A stretch of DNA of 39,286 nucleotides from a virus (taxonomy: Duplodnaviria > Caudoviricetes): IMG/VR virus record IMGVR_UViG_3300024283_000063, positions 1 through 39,286 of that record. One strand, given 5' to 3'. Below are positions 24,833 to 33,692 of the stretch, one piece after another (positions within the stretch are counted from its first letter, which is position 1; the number at the start of each line of letters is the position of its first letter). The position numbers and the translations under genes are program-made. Below the pieces are notes generated by a model, which had not been told where the DNA came from, made no database searches, and saw nothing but the letters and a program-made list of their open reading frames with translations.

Positions 24833-27513
24833 CAGCTAAACCTCGCCACGGCGCGTTGCACTTGTCGGCCTGTTTCTGCCGCCGCCTGATTTACCGTTCT
24901 GCCGTCGGTGCCGGGCGCGAACGATTGCGAAATGGTGATCGCGATCGGCCGTGGCGCTTGCTGTGTGTCCCAGTTCTTATTCTCTGCGGCCGGCGTGATC
25001 CGCTCGCCCTGATGAACCAGGGCAAGGCCCGTACGCGGCACGTAGTCGGTGCCGGCGGCGAAGGAACCGACGAGCGCTTCGGCAATTGCTTCCCCGGCAA
25101 CGCCTTCGTATGCGGCGCTACCCAATCCCACCGACGATGCGATTTTCCCAATAAACCCGGTGCCGGATGAGAATTGATCTGCCAGCTCTCCCAGCGCTTT
25201 TTTCACTGCAATGCGGTTTAGTTCTGTGATTGCGTAGTCAGCAAATGACCGCCAGTCCGTTTTGCCTTTGGTTAAAAATTCCGTAAGGGAATCTTCCAGT
25301 TTTTTGAATGCTCCGGTGAAAACGTCCTCCGTCAGTTTGGCGACATTTCGCGCCTCGTCGCCATAGTTGCGCAGCGCCTCGATCGCGCCGACTGACCAGT
25401 CCGCCTCACCATTGAGCCGCGCCTGGTAGTAGCGGTCATATTCCTGCAACGCCAGTGTGCTGAAGCGTTTGATGCGGTCGAGTTCGTCGTCGTATTTTTT
25501 CTGCGCATCGGTGCCCAGCGGCCCGCGCAATTCGGCTTCGCGACGGTCGCGAGCAAGCTGCTGCAGTTGCGTGCTGTATCGGTCCTCAATTTGCGCGCGG
25601 CCGGACTGGCGCTCGCGCTCTTTGTTTCCGACGCCCTGTCCAGATAACTGCAGGTTGTTCGCGCGGATCAGCGTGTCGAGATAGGACTGCGCGGCGGCCT
25701 CGGCATCCAGATACGACTGCTTCAGCTTGACCGCGGCGGCTTCTTCCTGAATCGACAGCACCTGCAGGCCGGTGGCGCCGTTCTGCCGGATCTCGTTCAG
25801 CTTTTCGCGCGCCTTGGCGATTTCCTTGGCGTTGTCGATTTCATTTTTGGCTGCGTCCTTGCCGGTGAACACTTCTTTCTGCAGGCGCGCGATCTGCGCT
25901 TCGATCGCGGATTCCTGCGCGATGCTGGTCAGTTCGATGAAATTGCGCTTTTCCTCGTAGTACTCGCGATCTTCAACCAGCCCAGCAGCGCGGCGGGCCT
26001 CCATCACCTTTTCCTGATTCTGGAACGTGTTTTCGATGACGCGGGAGGTGCTGATGATGTCGGCCAGATCGGCGGCGAGGCGGGCTTTGGCTTCCTGTGC
26101 TGCGGTGTCGGCACCGCTCTTTGACTTGTCGGCGGCTCCGCTGAAATTCAGCGTTCGTCTTGTAGTTTGCTTGTCGCCGGGGTCATAAATTGATCTATCG
26201 CGTTGCAACTCCGCCAAACGATTGTCCAGTAGCCTCCCCAATGTCGGGCGCTGTAAGATTTTGTCCGCTTCACTGGCTGCATTTTTCGCGTCATCAATAA
26301 GCTGTGCGCGCGCCGCCTTAATGTTATTGACCGGGCTGCCCTTGCCGGTCAAAAAGTCAATATTGCCGGTGACGGGGTTCGCTGCCCTGGCGATAGCGGC
26401 TATGGATTCAGCCGCCGATGCGGTTAGCTTGATTTGAATGTAGGCAAGCTGCAGGACGCGGATCAGGCCGTCTATCGAATCCACAGCAAACGCCACCGCC
26501 TTGACGGCGCCGTTCGCAAAGTCCTGTATGCCGGTGCTGTTGCCGAGGCCTTTCTGGCTTTCGTTGATGCCGGCGATGCCCTTGATCGCGTCGTTGATCG
26601 CGACCGTCAGCGCGTTGTAGGCCGGCAGCATTTCGGTGGCGATGGCCTGCGCATTGGCCGTGATCAGCGCACGATTGCGCGCCTGCTTGTCTGAATATTC
26701 ATCGGCCAGGCGGATCTGCTCTGACGTCAGGATGTTCTGCCGCCCGACACCCTGCCCCAGCTCTTTCAGGAACGGCAGCATTTCAGCGCCGGCTTTGCCG
26801 AACAATGCGACCGCGACGGCGGTTTTTTGCGTGCCGTCTTCGAATCCGGCCAGCGCCTTGGCCACCGCTTCGAACTGCGCCGCAGGCGCAAGTGTTTTGA
26901 AGTTCGCCAGATCGAGGCCGAGCGCTGTGACGGCTGCCCCTGCGGCCTTGGTTTCGTCGTCGACGCCGGTCAAGCCCTTGGTGAGTTTGACGGATGCGGC
27001 GGTGATCGCATCCATTTCGATGCCGCCCACCTTGGCCGCCACCGCCAGCGACGCAAGATTTTCGGCAGAGTCGCCGATTTTTTCGGCCATGTCCTGAAAC
27101 TTGCCCGCGCCATTGACGAGCTGGTTGAACGCGGCCGCAGCGGCGATCAGGCCGGTGCCGGCGGCCAGGCCGATGGCGATGAAGCTGGCGCGCACCCGCT
27201 CGCCGATGGCAACGCCTTTTTCGTGCGCCTCTGTCAGTTTCAGCGCGGCATCCGCCGCCTTTAACTGCGCATCGGTGGCGCCGCGCAGCCCGAGCTTTAA
27301 CAGCTCCTGCTGGCGTGCGGTCTGGCCGCTGGTGACGGCAGCCACGCCCAGCGAGCGCACATAGCGGTCGATCGACGCGGACGCCGATTTGGTGGCGTTC
27401 TGCGCGGTGATGCCGAGTTCGTTGAGGCTCTTTTTGGCCTCATCGACACCGCCACGCAGTTTCTGGCCGTCCGTCGACAGCTCGATGACGCCGCGGCCAA
27501 TCACGTCTGCCAT
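24832..27513 (-). CDS. Tape measure protein
   Basis: 893-aa Ala-rich helical protein; LFGK.G..LP.L, DW..GA..AL.NY, FAAGTDYVP..GLALVHQGERI. Confidence 0.92.
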   Translation of the reverse strand: MADVIGRGVIELSTDGQKLRGGVDEAKKSLNELGITAQNATKSASASIDRYVRSLGVAAVTSGQTARQQELLKLGLRGATDAQLKAADAALKLTEAHEKGVAIGERVRASFIAIGLAAGTGLIAAAAAFNQLVNGAGKFQDMAEKIGDSAENLASLAVAAKVGGIEMDAITAASVKLTKGLTGVDDETKAAGAAVTALGLDLANFKTLAPAAQFEAVAKALAGFEDGTQKTAVAVALFGKAGAEMLPFLKELGQGVGRQNILTSEQIRLADEYSDKQARNRALITANAQAIATEMLPAYNALTVAINDAIKGIAGINESQKGLGNSTGIQDFANGAVKAVAFAVDSIDGLIRVLQLAYIQIKLTASAAESIAAIARAANPVTGNIDFLTGKGSPVNNIKAARAQLIDDAKNAASEADKILQRPTLGRLLDNRLAELQRDRSIYDPGDKQTTRRTLNFSGAADKSKSGADTAAQEAKARLAADLADIISTSRVIENTFQNQEKVMEARRAAGLVEDREYYEEKRNFIELTSIAQESAIEAQIARLQKEVFTGKDAAKNEIDNAKEIAKAREKLNEIRQNGATGLQVLSIQEEAAAVKLKQSYLDAEAAAQSYLDTLIRANNLQLSGQGVGNKERERQSGRAQIEDRYSTQLQQLARDRREAELRGPLGTDAQKKYDDELDRIKRFSTLALQEYDRYYQARLNGEADWSVGAIEALRNYGDEARNVAKLTEDVFTGAFKKLEDSLTEFLTKGKTDWRSFADYAITELNRIAVKKALGELADQFSSGTGFIGKIASSVGLGSAAYEGVAGEAIAEALVGSFAAGTDYVPRTGLALVHQGERITPAAENKNWDTQQAPRPIAITISQSFAPGTDGRTVNQAAAETGRQVQRAVARFS

Positions 27514-27833
27514 TATTTGGTGCCTTTCATGGTTTCAAGTGCCGCCGCTTCAAGGGTGCGAATGGAATCGAATACGTCGTGCCACTCCGCACGCGGGATG
27601 CCGGCCGTGCGCATCACAAACGGAACCGCCGCGTAATCCAGCCCGGTCGCCCCGGCCATGCCCACGCGCCATTGAGTCCCAAGCTGGATAAAGCAATTCA
27701 CGGCCGGCAGGTTGTCGGGCCACACGATGACATCCGGGCCGCCCGCCTCATCTACCGTCAGGCCGAAAGCAGCCGCCTCGTCCGCGCTCACCCCTTTCGA
27801 GTAAAGCGCGGCCGAGACGGCTTTCAGTTTTTT
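27513..27833 (-). CDS. Tail assembly chaperone frameshift extension (gpT-like, DUF1799)
   Basis: VWPDN..AV..F....TQWRVG..GATGLDY; entered by -1 shift at A AAA AAC (27833-27827). Confidence 0.8.
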   Translation of the reverse strand, partial: KKLKAVSAALYSKGVSADEAAAFGLTVDEAGGPDVIVWPDNLPAVNCFIQLGTQWRVGMAGATGLDYAAVPFVMRTAGIPRAEWHDVFDSIRTLEAAALETMKGTK

Positions 27834-28135
27834 GCTTTGCCTGCTATCAGCTGGTCGATGTAGGCACGGAATATCGCGAGCCCGGCCCCGGCGTAGTTGT
27901 CGCACAACAGGCCGACATTCTCCGGCGTGAACTCGTCTGACAATTCCCACCCGATGACCGTATCGAGCACAGATTCAGTGTCGGTCTTACCCTCGCGAGA
28001 TTTCACGAACTCATCCAGGGCGGGCTTGGTGCGGTGCTTGAATGTGAATTCCACATTCACCGGCTCCGCACCGGCCACCGGAATACTCACCACGCCCTTG
28101 AAGGTCGGGTCTGCAACCAGCTTGAGCTTCGCCAT
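27824..28135 (-). CDS. Tail assembly chaperone (gpG-like)
   Basis: PTF...V.IP...FTFK...GWEL..EF..EN...L..NY; ends AKN* on the slippery site. Confidence 0.85.
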   Translation of the reverse strand: MAKLKLVADPTFKGVVSIPVAGAEPVNVEFTFKHRTKPALDEFVKSREGKTDTESVLDTVIGWELSDEFTPENVGLLCDNYAGAGLAIFRAYIDQLIAGKAKN

Positions 28136-28794
28136 TACGAGGTGTAGCGCACCGGCTCGTTCAGCAACGACAGCGTGACCTCGACGGCCATCACTTCGTT
28201 CACCGTGAGCGTCGGCGTCTTATTGAGGCTGATGTAGGCGTTGTAGAGGATGATCGCCCCGGACGGCAATACCGCCTTCACCGCGCGCGGCAGCCGGTCG
28301 TCGTTGGCCGTTGAAGCCAGAATGTAGCCGGCCAGCGTCGGATCATCGGCGATGTTGAACGACAGCCCGGCCGGATTCTTGAACGTGGGGATGCGCTTTT
28401 TCGCATCGGATTCAAGGAACTGGTATTCGGTGAATTGCTGCTCGCCGCCGCTGCTCTGGCTGGTGAGGATTTGCGACAGTTGCGTCCAGCCGGTAATTTC
28501 ACGCACCGAACCCGTGCCGGAGCCTGCCGGATAGATGGTGGTGGACGAGGTATCGTAGCCGGCCAACCCGACATCGTTGTCGCCGGGCGAACTGACCAGC
28601 GACGCGCGCAGGATTTTATCCGTGAGGCGCGACCAGTTCGATGTGACTTCGATGTAGTCATTGTCCGCAACGCCGTGCGAGGACTGCAACGTGGCAATGG
28701 CGGGGTTGGCGTTCGACAGGGCGGACATGGTTTTGACCGCACCGTATCCGGACGCAATGGAAATAGTAGTTCCGTTCGGCAGAGAAACGCTCAT
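28135..28794 (-). CDS. Major tail protein
   Basis: LPNG...YPAGSG.GSVREI.GW.Q..Q.....GGEQQF..YQFLE. Confidence 0.88.
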   Translation of the reverse strand: MSVSLPNGTTISIASGYGAVKTMSALSNANPAIATLQSSHGVADNDYIEVTSNWSRLTDKILRASLVSSPGDNDVGLAGYDTSSTTIYPAGSGTGSVREITGWTQLSQILTSQSSGGEQQFTEYQFLESDAKKRIPTFKNPAGLSFNIADDPTLAGYILASTANDDRLPRAVKAVLPSGAIILYNAYISLNKTPTLTVNEVMAVEVTLSLLNEPVRYTS

Positions 28795-28814
28795 GGTGTT
28801 TTCCTTTCAACAAT

Positions 28815-28839
28815 AAAAAAACCGGCGGTTAAGCCGGTC
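28815..28839 (-). terminator. Intrinsic terminator-like hairpin upstream of major tail gene
   Basis: GACCGGC-ttaacc-GCCGGTT followed by TTTTT. Confidence 0.65.
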
Positions 28840-28877
28840 GATCACATTTGCCCGGATGGGCGATTACAAAACTTGGC

Positions 28878-29234
28878 TCAGGCCCACACGCTAAAATCCT
28901 GCATGGTTCCGTAGAGTTCCTGGTCATCCACCGTCAGCCACACCGGCGCGCCCAGCACTGTGGTTTGCAGCGACAGATATGCCCGCAGCGCGTTTTCCAC
29001 CTGCAATGCCAGCGCGTTCGCCGCATCGCGCGTGGTGTCCCACACGTTGACCTGGATGCGCGCGTTGCGCTTGCTCGGCAGCGTGGCGCTGTCGACAAAG
29101 TTGATCGACTGCCCGCCCACGCCGGTGAACGTGATGTGCGGCAGCGTGGTCTGCGTCTGTGGCGCGCGATCGCGGTAAACGCGTCCGCCGGCGAGCGAAT
29201 CCAGCGCGTCGTAGAGGGTGGCTTCCAGGGTCAT
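28878..29234 (-). CDS. Tail terminator/completion protein (DUF3168-like)
   Basis: GRVY...AP....P.I.F...GG...RIQVNVW...A..LA. Confidence 0.82.
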   Translation of the reverse strand: MTLEATLYDALDSLAGGRVYRDRAPQTQTTLPHITFTGVGGQSINFVDSATLPSKRNARIQVNVWDTTRDAANALALQVENALRAYLSLQTTVLGAPVWLTVDDQELYGTMQDFSVWA

Positions 29235-29719
29235 GCTTTCACCTCACCGCCGCTGCCCTTGGCCATCACCACGGCCATGCGCGCCTTGCCGGCTTCAATC
29301 GCGCGGCCCAGGTGGTCGGCTGCCGGGCGGATAAAGGGCTTCGGCGGGATCCACTTCGGCTGCGCCAGCGGGCGGTCTTTCAGCGTTACCCACGCGCCGC
29401 TGGCGAGTTGCACCACCTGGTGCGTCTGCCAGTGACCATATTCGATCAGGTGCCAGTGCGGCGCCTTGCGGTGGTTCGCGCCGACAAAGTAAGTTTTGAC
29501 ATACTCGGTCGAGCGCTTCGGCGAGTAGTAACGGTACACGGCGCCGGAGAGCCTGCCGGTTTTAACGCCGACGCGGCCCACGTTCACTTTCACTTCGTCG
29601 TAGATGACGCGCGCCATTGCCGCCACGCCAGACACCAGCACTTCTTCCTTCACGCGCTTTTCCAGCGCGTCGAGGCCGGAGGTCAGGTCGCCGGTCAGCT
29701 TGATATCGAGGCTGGCCAT
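29231..29719 (-). CDS. HK97 gp10-like neck protein
   Basis: TG.L...., APHWHLIEYG, P.PFIRPA. Confidence 0.82.
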   Translation of the reverse strand: MASLDIKLTGDLTSGLDALEKRVKEEVLVSGVAAMARVIYDEVKVNVGRVGVKTGRLSGAVYRYYSPKRSTEYVKTYFVGANHRKAPHWHLIEYGHWQTHQVVQLASGAWVTLKDRPLAQPKWIPPKPFIRPAADHLGRAIEAGKARMAVVMAKGSGGEVKA

Positions 29720-29723
29720 ACGC

Positions 29724-30059
29724 TTACCCGTTCACCACGGCGCTGACCGGCAGCGTGACCCACTCGCGGCCGCTTTTCATGTCCGGCAGCACGCCCTCGA
29801 TGTTGTAGAGGGTGCCCTCATGCTCAATACGCATCGACGGCACCACGCCCCCCAGGCGGCGAATGGTGACGCGTGCAGCGATGTTGGATGCCATCTGCGC
29901 GGCGTTGACGAACTCGCGCGCCGACAGCGGCACGATCTCGGCCATGACGGTGGCGAATTCGGCCCAGGTCACTGTCACCGCGCCCGTGGTGCCGTCTTTG
30001 GTGTCGACGCGGCGCTTGATGACTATGCGGTGGCGCAGGCGCCCGGCGCGCAGGTTCAT
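29724..30059 (-). CDS. Head closure/head-tail adaptor (SPP1 gp16-like)
   Basis: AGRLRHRI.I...W...ATV.A.I.PLS.RE...MRI...G..YNI..VLPD. Confidence 0.88.
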   Translation of the reverse strand: MNLRAGRLRHRIVIKRRVDTKDGTTGAVTVTWAEFATVMAEIVPLSAREFVNAAQMASNIAARVTIRRLGGVVPSMRIEHEGTLYNIEGVLPDMKSGREWVTLPVSAVVNG

Positions 30060-30658
30060 ACCCCTAAACCTTGCCTGTATTTTGCGAGCAAATACCGCGC
30101 CCCAAGCGGCAATTCCATCAGGTTGTCAGCATCCACCGCCTCGCGGTTGGTGAAGTAGTGGCCGATAAACAGGTGCATCGCCTGCCGGATCGGCTCGGGC
30201 ACCACGTCGGCCGGGGAATCCGCCGACGGATAGCCGGCGGTGTAGCGCACGCGCACGGAATCGACATCGCAGCGCGCCACCGGCCAGGATTCACCATACA
30301 GCGGCACCACCAGCCCCTTGTGCGCAACAACCCGATAATCGGCGGCGGACACGACCTGATCGACGCCATACGAGTCGATATACGTGACCGACACGACCGA
30401 CCGCACCGGGCCTTGCGGCAGTTCAATCACGTACGGGTAAAAAGACTCCTGCGATATCTCCAGCGTCTTGAACACCAGCGACAATTCCAGCTCCTGCTCG
30501 CACGCCTGGCGCGCGGCCGTGATCAGGCGCCGGATGCGCGCGGCCTCGGGGTAATCCGCCGGCGAATCACTACCCGCGGTAACGCGCAGATTTTCTGCGG
30601 CCTCGTCGAGCAGGATCGGCTCTGTAGTGTTGGCGCTGATGACGCGTGCTTCAGCCAT
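30056..30658 (-). CDS. Head-tail connector (HK97 gp6-like, long form)
   Basis: EPI.L.EA...LRV...LI.AAR..CE...LP.GPV.SV.SV.Y.D...AGY...VP.PI.QA...H...NRE; GGAG RBS upstream of ATG 30658. Confidence 0.88.
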   Translation of the reverse strand: MAEARVISANTTEPILLDEAAENLRVTAGSDSPADYPEAARIRRLITAARQACEQELELSLVFKTLEISQESFYPYVIELPQGPVRSVVSVTYIDSYGVDQVVSAADYRVVAHKGLVVPLYGESWPVARCDVDSVRVRYTAGYPSADSPADVVPEPIRQAMHLFIGHYFTNREAVDADNLMELPLGARYLLAKYRQGLGV

Positions 30659-31367
30659 GTTTGAACTCCATGCCGCCGCGCCATTTGTTGAGAAAAATCT
30701 GCCGGTTGCGACGGAACATTTCCGGCGTCCAGCCCGACTGCGCGCCGATGCGTACGTGCTCGACCACCAGGTCGTCGCGCATGCAGAACTTTGCGCCGGC
30801 GTGCTGCAGGCGCATGACGAAATCCGGGTCGTCGTAGCCGGCGCCGTCACGGTAATCTTCATCGAAGCCGCCGGTGTCGTCCCACAGGCTGCGGTGCATG
30901 ATGGCCATAAAGTGGTAATCCGCGCCCTTTGGCAGCATCGAGCCGACATCACCATCGTTCGGGCGGTTGCGCGTGCTGTGGCAATGCCACACTTGCTTTT
31001 CGGCGTGCCATGCTGCGGCCAGCACATACTTTTTCGGGTCGTCGCCCAGCTCGGCGATCATCTGCCGCAGGATCGGCGTGGTGTGCAGGTGATCGGGGCA
31101 CGACAGCCCGATGATGTCGCCATGCGCCGCAGCCACACCGCGATTGAGCGGCACGCACGGGTTAAGCGGGCCGGACTTCTGCGGCAGCCGCACCACCTGC
31201 ACGCGAAACGGCATCGCCGGTGGCTGATACGGCAGCGCGTTGCCGTCGTCTACGATGATCAACTCCATGTCGAGATCGGCGTAGTGCTGGGCGAGCAAGT
31301 GGCAGGCTTTGTCGGTTACGGCTTCGCGCTGCCAGTAGGGCCAGATCAGAGACAACTTCTTGCTCAT
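30651..31367 (-). CDS. GT2/GT7C-like glycosyltransferase
   Basis: LSLIWPY...ELIIVDDG...NRG..AA.GD...GGFDEDY..G.GYDD.DF..RL; ATGA overlap at 31367. Confidence 0.85.
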   Translation of the reverse strand: MSKKLSLIWPYWQREAVTDKACHLLAQHYADLDMELIIVDDGNALPYQPPAMPFRVQVVRLPQKSGPLNPCVPLNRGVAAAHGDIIGLSCPDHLHTTPILRQMIAELGDDPKKYVLAAAWHAEKQVWHCHSTRNRPNDGDVGSMLPKGADYHFMAIMHRSLWDDTGGFDEDYRDGAGYDDPDFVMRLQHAGAKFCMRDDLVVEHVRIGAQSGWTPEMFRRNRQIFLNKWRGGMEFKHG

Positions 31368-33403
31368 ACCCACACCTGCTTAACCCATCCGCCGGCCTGA
31401 TGCGGGCGCGGAGGCCCGCCGAAGCACACGACCGCGCACTCGGGCGGCACTTTTTCCTGCAGCCGGTCGTACTTGAATGACTGGAAAAACCCCGGCAGCG
31501 CCTGGTGCAGCTTGGGGATGTGCTCGAAGCAGTCGCTGATGAACGCCTGGTCGCCCATGTAGCGGTTTTCGGCGTGCTTGACGTGGTAGTCGATCCAGTA
31601 ATCGGGCTTTTCGGCGAAGCGCTGGTAGACGTGCGGCTGGGCGCGTGCAAACCACATGGCGCCGGAGTTGCCGACTTTCACGTCTTTGGCGCGGATGTTG
31701 AGCATGGAAAAGTCGTGAGGAATGGTCATCACCGCGTCGAGCTTGCCGGTGATTACGGTATCGAGATCGAGATACAGTGTTTTGCCGCGGATCACATCGG
31801 GGCGGAACATTTCGAGCTTGGACCACCAGCCTTTCCAGTTGTGTTTCAACGGGATGCGCTCGCACGGCACCTCGACATCACTCAGGCACACAAAGCGGTG
31901 CGGCAGCGTCAGGTTCTTCGCCACGCCGTCACGCAATTTGCGCACGTACTCGGCGTTGTAGTCGCCACCGGATTTCAACACGCACAGCACGGTGAGTGGC
32001 TGCAGGTTGAGCAGCGCGCGGATCGGTTCGCCCGTGGCGATTTCGTCGAGCGACCACTGCGCCGACGCCAGGCGCTCGAACACCGGCAGGCGGTCGGGCA
32101 TCAGCGGCTTTTCGATATCTTCCAGCCGGCTGCCGGCGGCACCTGCGCAGATCCAGTGCGGGGCGGTGTAGATCACTGGGATGCCCATGGCCAACGCCTT
32201 CACGCCCGCTGCGGACGCCCAAATAATGCAAGCATGTGCGCCTTCCAGGTCGCGCGCGAGACTCGCGTCCGGGTGTTCTGGTAGCTTTTTCCAGTTTCCG
32301 GGGTGCTGCCTTACCCTGATTTCCCGCTTGGTCAACTTCCGCAAAGCGGCGACGGTTTTTTCCGTCCAGTCCTGCGGCATGGGCTGCGCGCCGATGCCGC
32401 GGCTCGGACATACCAAAACATGCCCGCCATCCTTGCGCCAAGGGGACAAGGTGACGCCCAGCGCGTCCAGGCGTGCCCTGCTACCCTGCGGCCAGTCGCC
32501 GGCGCCGTTGTGGCCGTTCAGCGCCAATGCGCAATGCTGCTGGCCGTCTCTGCCCCGCAGGTAGCCGTTCTCGGCGACGAGCGCGCGACCCGTCGGCATG
32601 GGGTAGCCCAGCATGCCCTTACCCCAAATCACGGAAACGTCAGCGCCGGGCGCCACCTCTCCCGCCGCGGGGAATCGGGCTGCGGCGAGACCACGCAGAA
32701 AGGCGTCGTGCTCTAGGGGCAGCAACTTCGGCGGCACACAAAGCGCCGATGTACCGGACGCCGGCGCCCGTGCAGGCATCTGCACCGGGGCAAACAGTGC
32801 CTGCTCTATCGGCAGGCACTCGAAGCAGGTCAGAGCGGTGCGGCGCGTGGCGTTAATCACTTCGACGCCCGCGGTGCGCAGATCCGCGCCGAGCTGGATC
32901 AGCAATTGCCGCCACGTCGGCAGGTCGCCGAGGTTCGGCAGCGGGTCGCGGTGGTCGCCGTGAAAATGCGTCTCGCCGTTCGGCCCCTTCTGCATGTCGT
33001 AGCCCAGCAGGATGATCTTCGCAGCACCCCACAGGTAAGCCAGGCCGATGGCCTGATAGCCGCTGTTTTTGCCGGTGTGGATGCGGCCGGGCGTGTGCGA
33101 CAGGCCCTGCTCATCCACGCCCTGAATCCAGTTAATCGCGCCCTGCAGGCGCTCGGCGATACTCCACAACTCGCCAGTCACCGCACGCTCGACTTCGGCG
33201 CCGTATGCGACCCACCACCGCAGGTCGGCAAAATACAGAACGTCGGCCCACGGGGCCTTGCGGAATGTGGTGTTGATGGCGATCACTTTTCGGTTTTCGC
33301 GGTCCTGATCGCGCCACGCTTTAACGGCGGCGACATCTTCGTCGGTGAGGCTGGGGCCGCTGGCGATGCAGACGACGGTTGCCCCTGCCCATCGTCCGGC
33401 ACT
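31364..33403 (-). CDS. Three-domain glycosyltransferase (Maf/GT42-like, KpsC/KpsS-like GT-B, GT8-like GT-A); likely entered by -1 frameshift, first in-frame start GTG 33286
   Basis: D1 VVCIASGPSL..VIAIN..NSGYQAI.LA...GA.KIILLGYDM; D2 ENGY...IRVRQHP...S.AGV.AL..GIPV; D3 Y...YV..L...GWWSKL..F...LYLDLDTV...NSG.M...GDQ.FI...VCF.G.PRPH. Confidence 0.8.
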   Translation of the reverse strand, partial: SAGRWAGATVVCIASGPSLTDEDVAAVKAWRDQDRENRKVIAINTTFRKAPWADVLYFADLRWWVAYGAEVERAVTGELWSIAERLQGAINWIQGVDEQGLSHTPGRIHTGKNSGYQAIGLAYLWGAAKIILLGYDMQKGPNGETHFHGDHRDPLPNLGDLPTWRQLLIQLGADLRTAGVEVINATRRTALTCFECLPIEQALFAPVQMPARAPASGTSALCVPPKLLPLEHDAFLRGLAAARFPAAGEVAPGADVSVIWGKGMLGYPMPTGRALVAENGYLRGRDGQQHCALALNGHNGAGDWPQGSRARLDALGVTLSPWRKDGGHVLVCPSRGIGAQPMPQDWTEKTVAALRKLTKREIRVRQHPGNWKKLPEHPDASLARDLEGAHACIIWASAAGVKALAMGIPVIYTAPHWICAGAAGSRLEDIEKPLMPDRLPVFERLASAQWSLDEIATGEPIRALLNLQPLTVLCVLKSGGDYNAEYVRKLRDGVAKNLTLPHRFVCLSDVEVPCERIPLKHNWKGWWSKLEMFRPDVIRGKTLYLDLDTVITGKLDAVMTIPHDFSMLNIRAKDVKVGNSGAMWFARAQPHVYQRFAEKPDYWIDYHVKHAENRYMGDQAFISDCFEHIPKLHQALPGFFQSFKYDRLQEKVPPECAVVCFGGPPRPHQAGGWVKQVWV

Positions 33404-33621
33404 TTTTTTGCGGTGTCTGCCGCGGGCTCGTAAATCTCCACCGTGCCGCCCTGCTCAGTGCGGTTGGCGCTGGGCCGCCCCTGCGGCGCGAACGCGATGC
33501 GCACCAGCCCGGCACGCTCCAGATCGGCGGCGAGCTGTGCGTTGATGCGGATACCTTGGCCGGTGCGCGCATTGATGCGGCCATGCACAAATTCGGTAAG
33601 CGGGATTGCAGTCACATCCAT
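33283..33621 (-). CDS. Small post-capsid protein (FI-position); zero-frame product of putative frameshift
   Basis: GGAG RBS; compact N-terminal domain F..G....G......A..L..AGLV followed by a low-complexity S/P/A tail. Confidence 0.75.
   Translation of the reverse strand: MDVTAIPLTEFVHGRINARTGQGIRINAQLAADLERAGLVRIAFAPQGRPSANRTEQGGTVEIYEPAADTAKKVPDDGQGQPSSASPAAPASPTKMSPPLKRGAIRTAKTEK
33353..33409 (-). other. Putative -1 programmed frameshift signal (A AAA AAA plus pseudoknot)
   Basis: GCA AAA AAA GTG; stem CGGACGAUGG/CCGUCGUCUG; loop GGGGC complementary to downstream GCCCC. Confidence 0.7.
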
Positions 33622-33635
33622 CGGTGATGCTCCAT

Positions 33636-33662
33636 AAAAAAGGCCCGGATCGCTCCGGGCCT
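33636..33662 (-). terminator. Intrinsic terminator after major capsid gene
   Basis: AGGCCCGGA-gcga-TCCGGGCCT followed by TTTTT. Confidence 0.8.
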
Positions 33663-33692
33663 CTGGTTGCTACTGGTTACAACCTGCCGCGA

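Noticed and set aside
30659-31027. N-terminal extension of the connector ORF (similarly for portal, protease, NlpC, holin, integrase)
   Set aside because: Overlaps upstream genes; downstream starts have an RBS or stop/start overlaps and match family N-termini
30651-33403. GtrABC-like O-antigen conversion or DNA-glycosylation cassette
   Set aside because: No TM segments, flippase, own promoter or base-hydroxylase/hydroxymethylase genes seen; embedded in the late head operon. Disfavoured, not excluded
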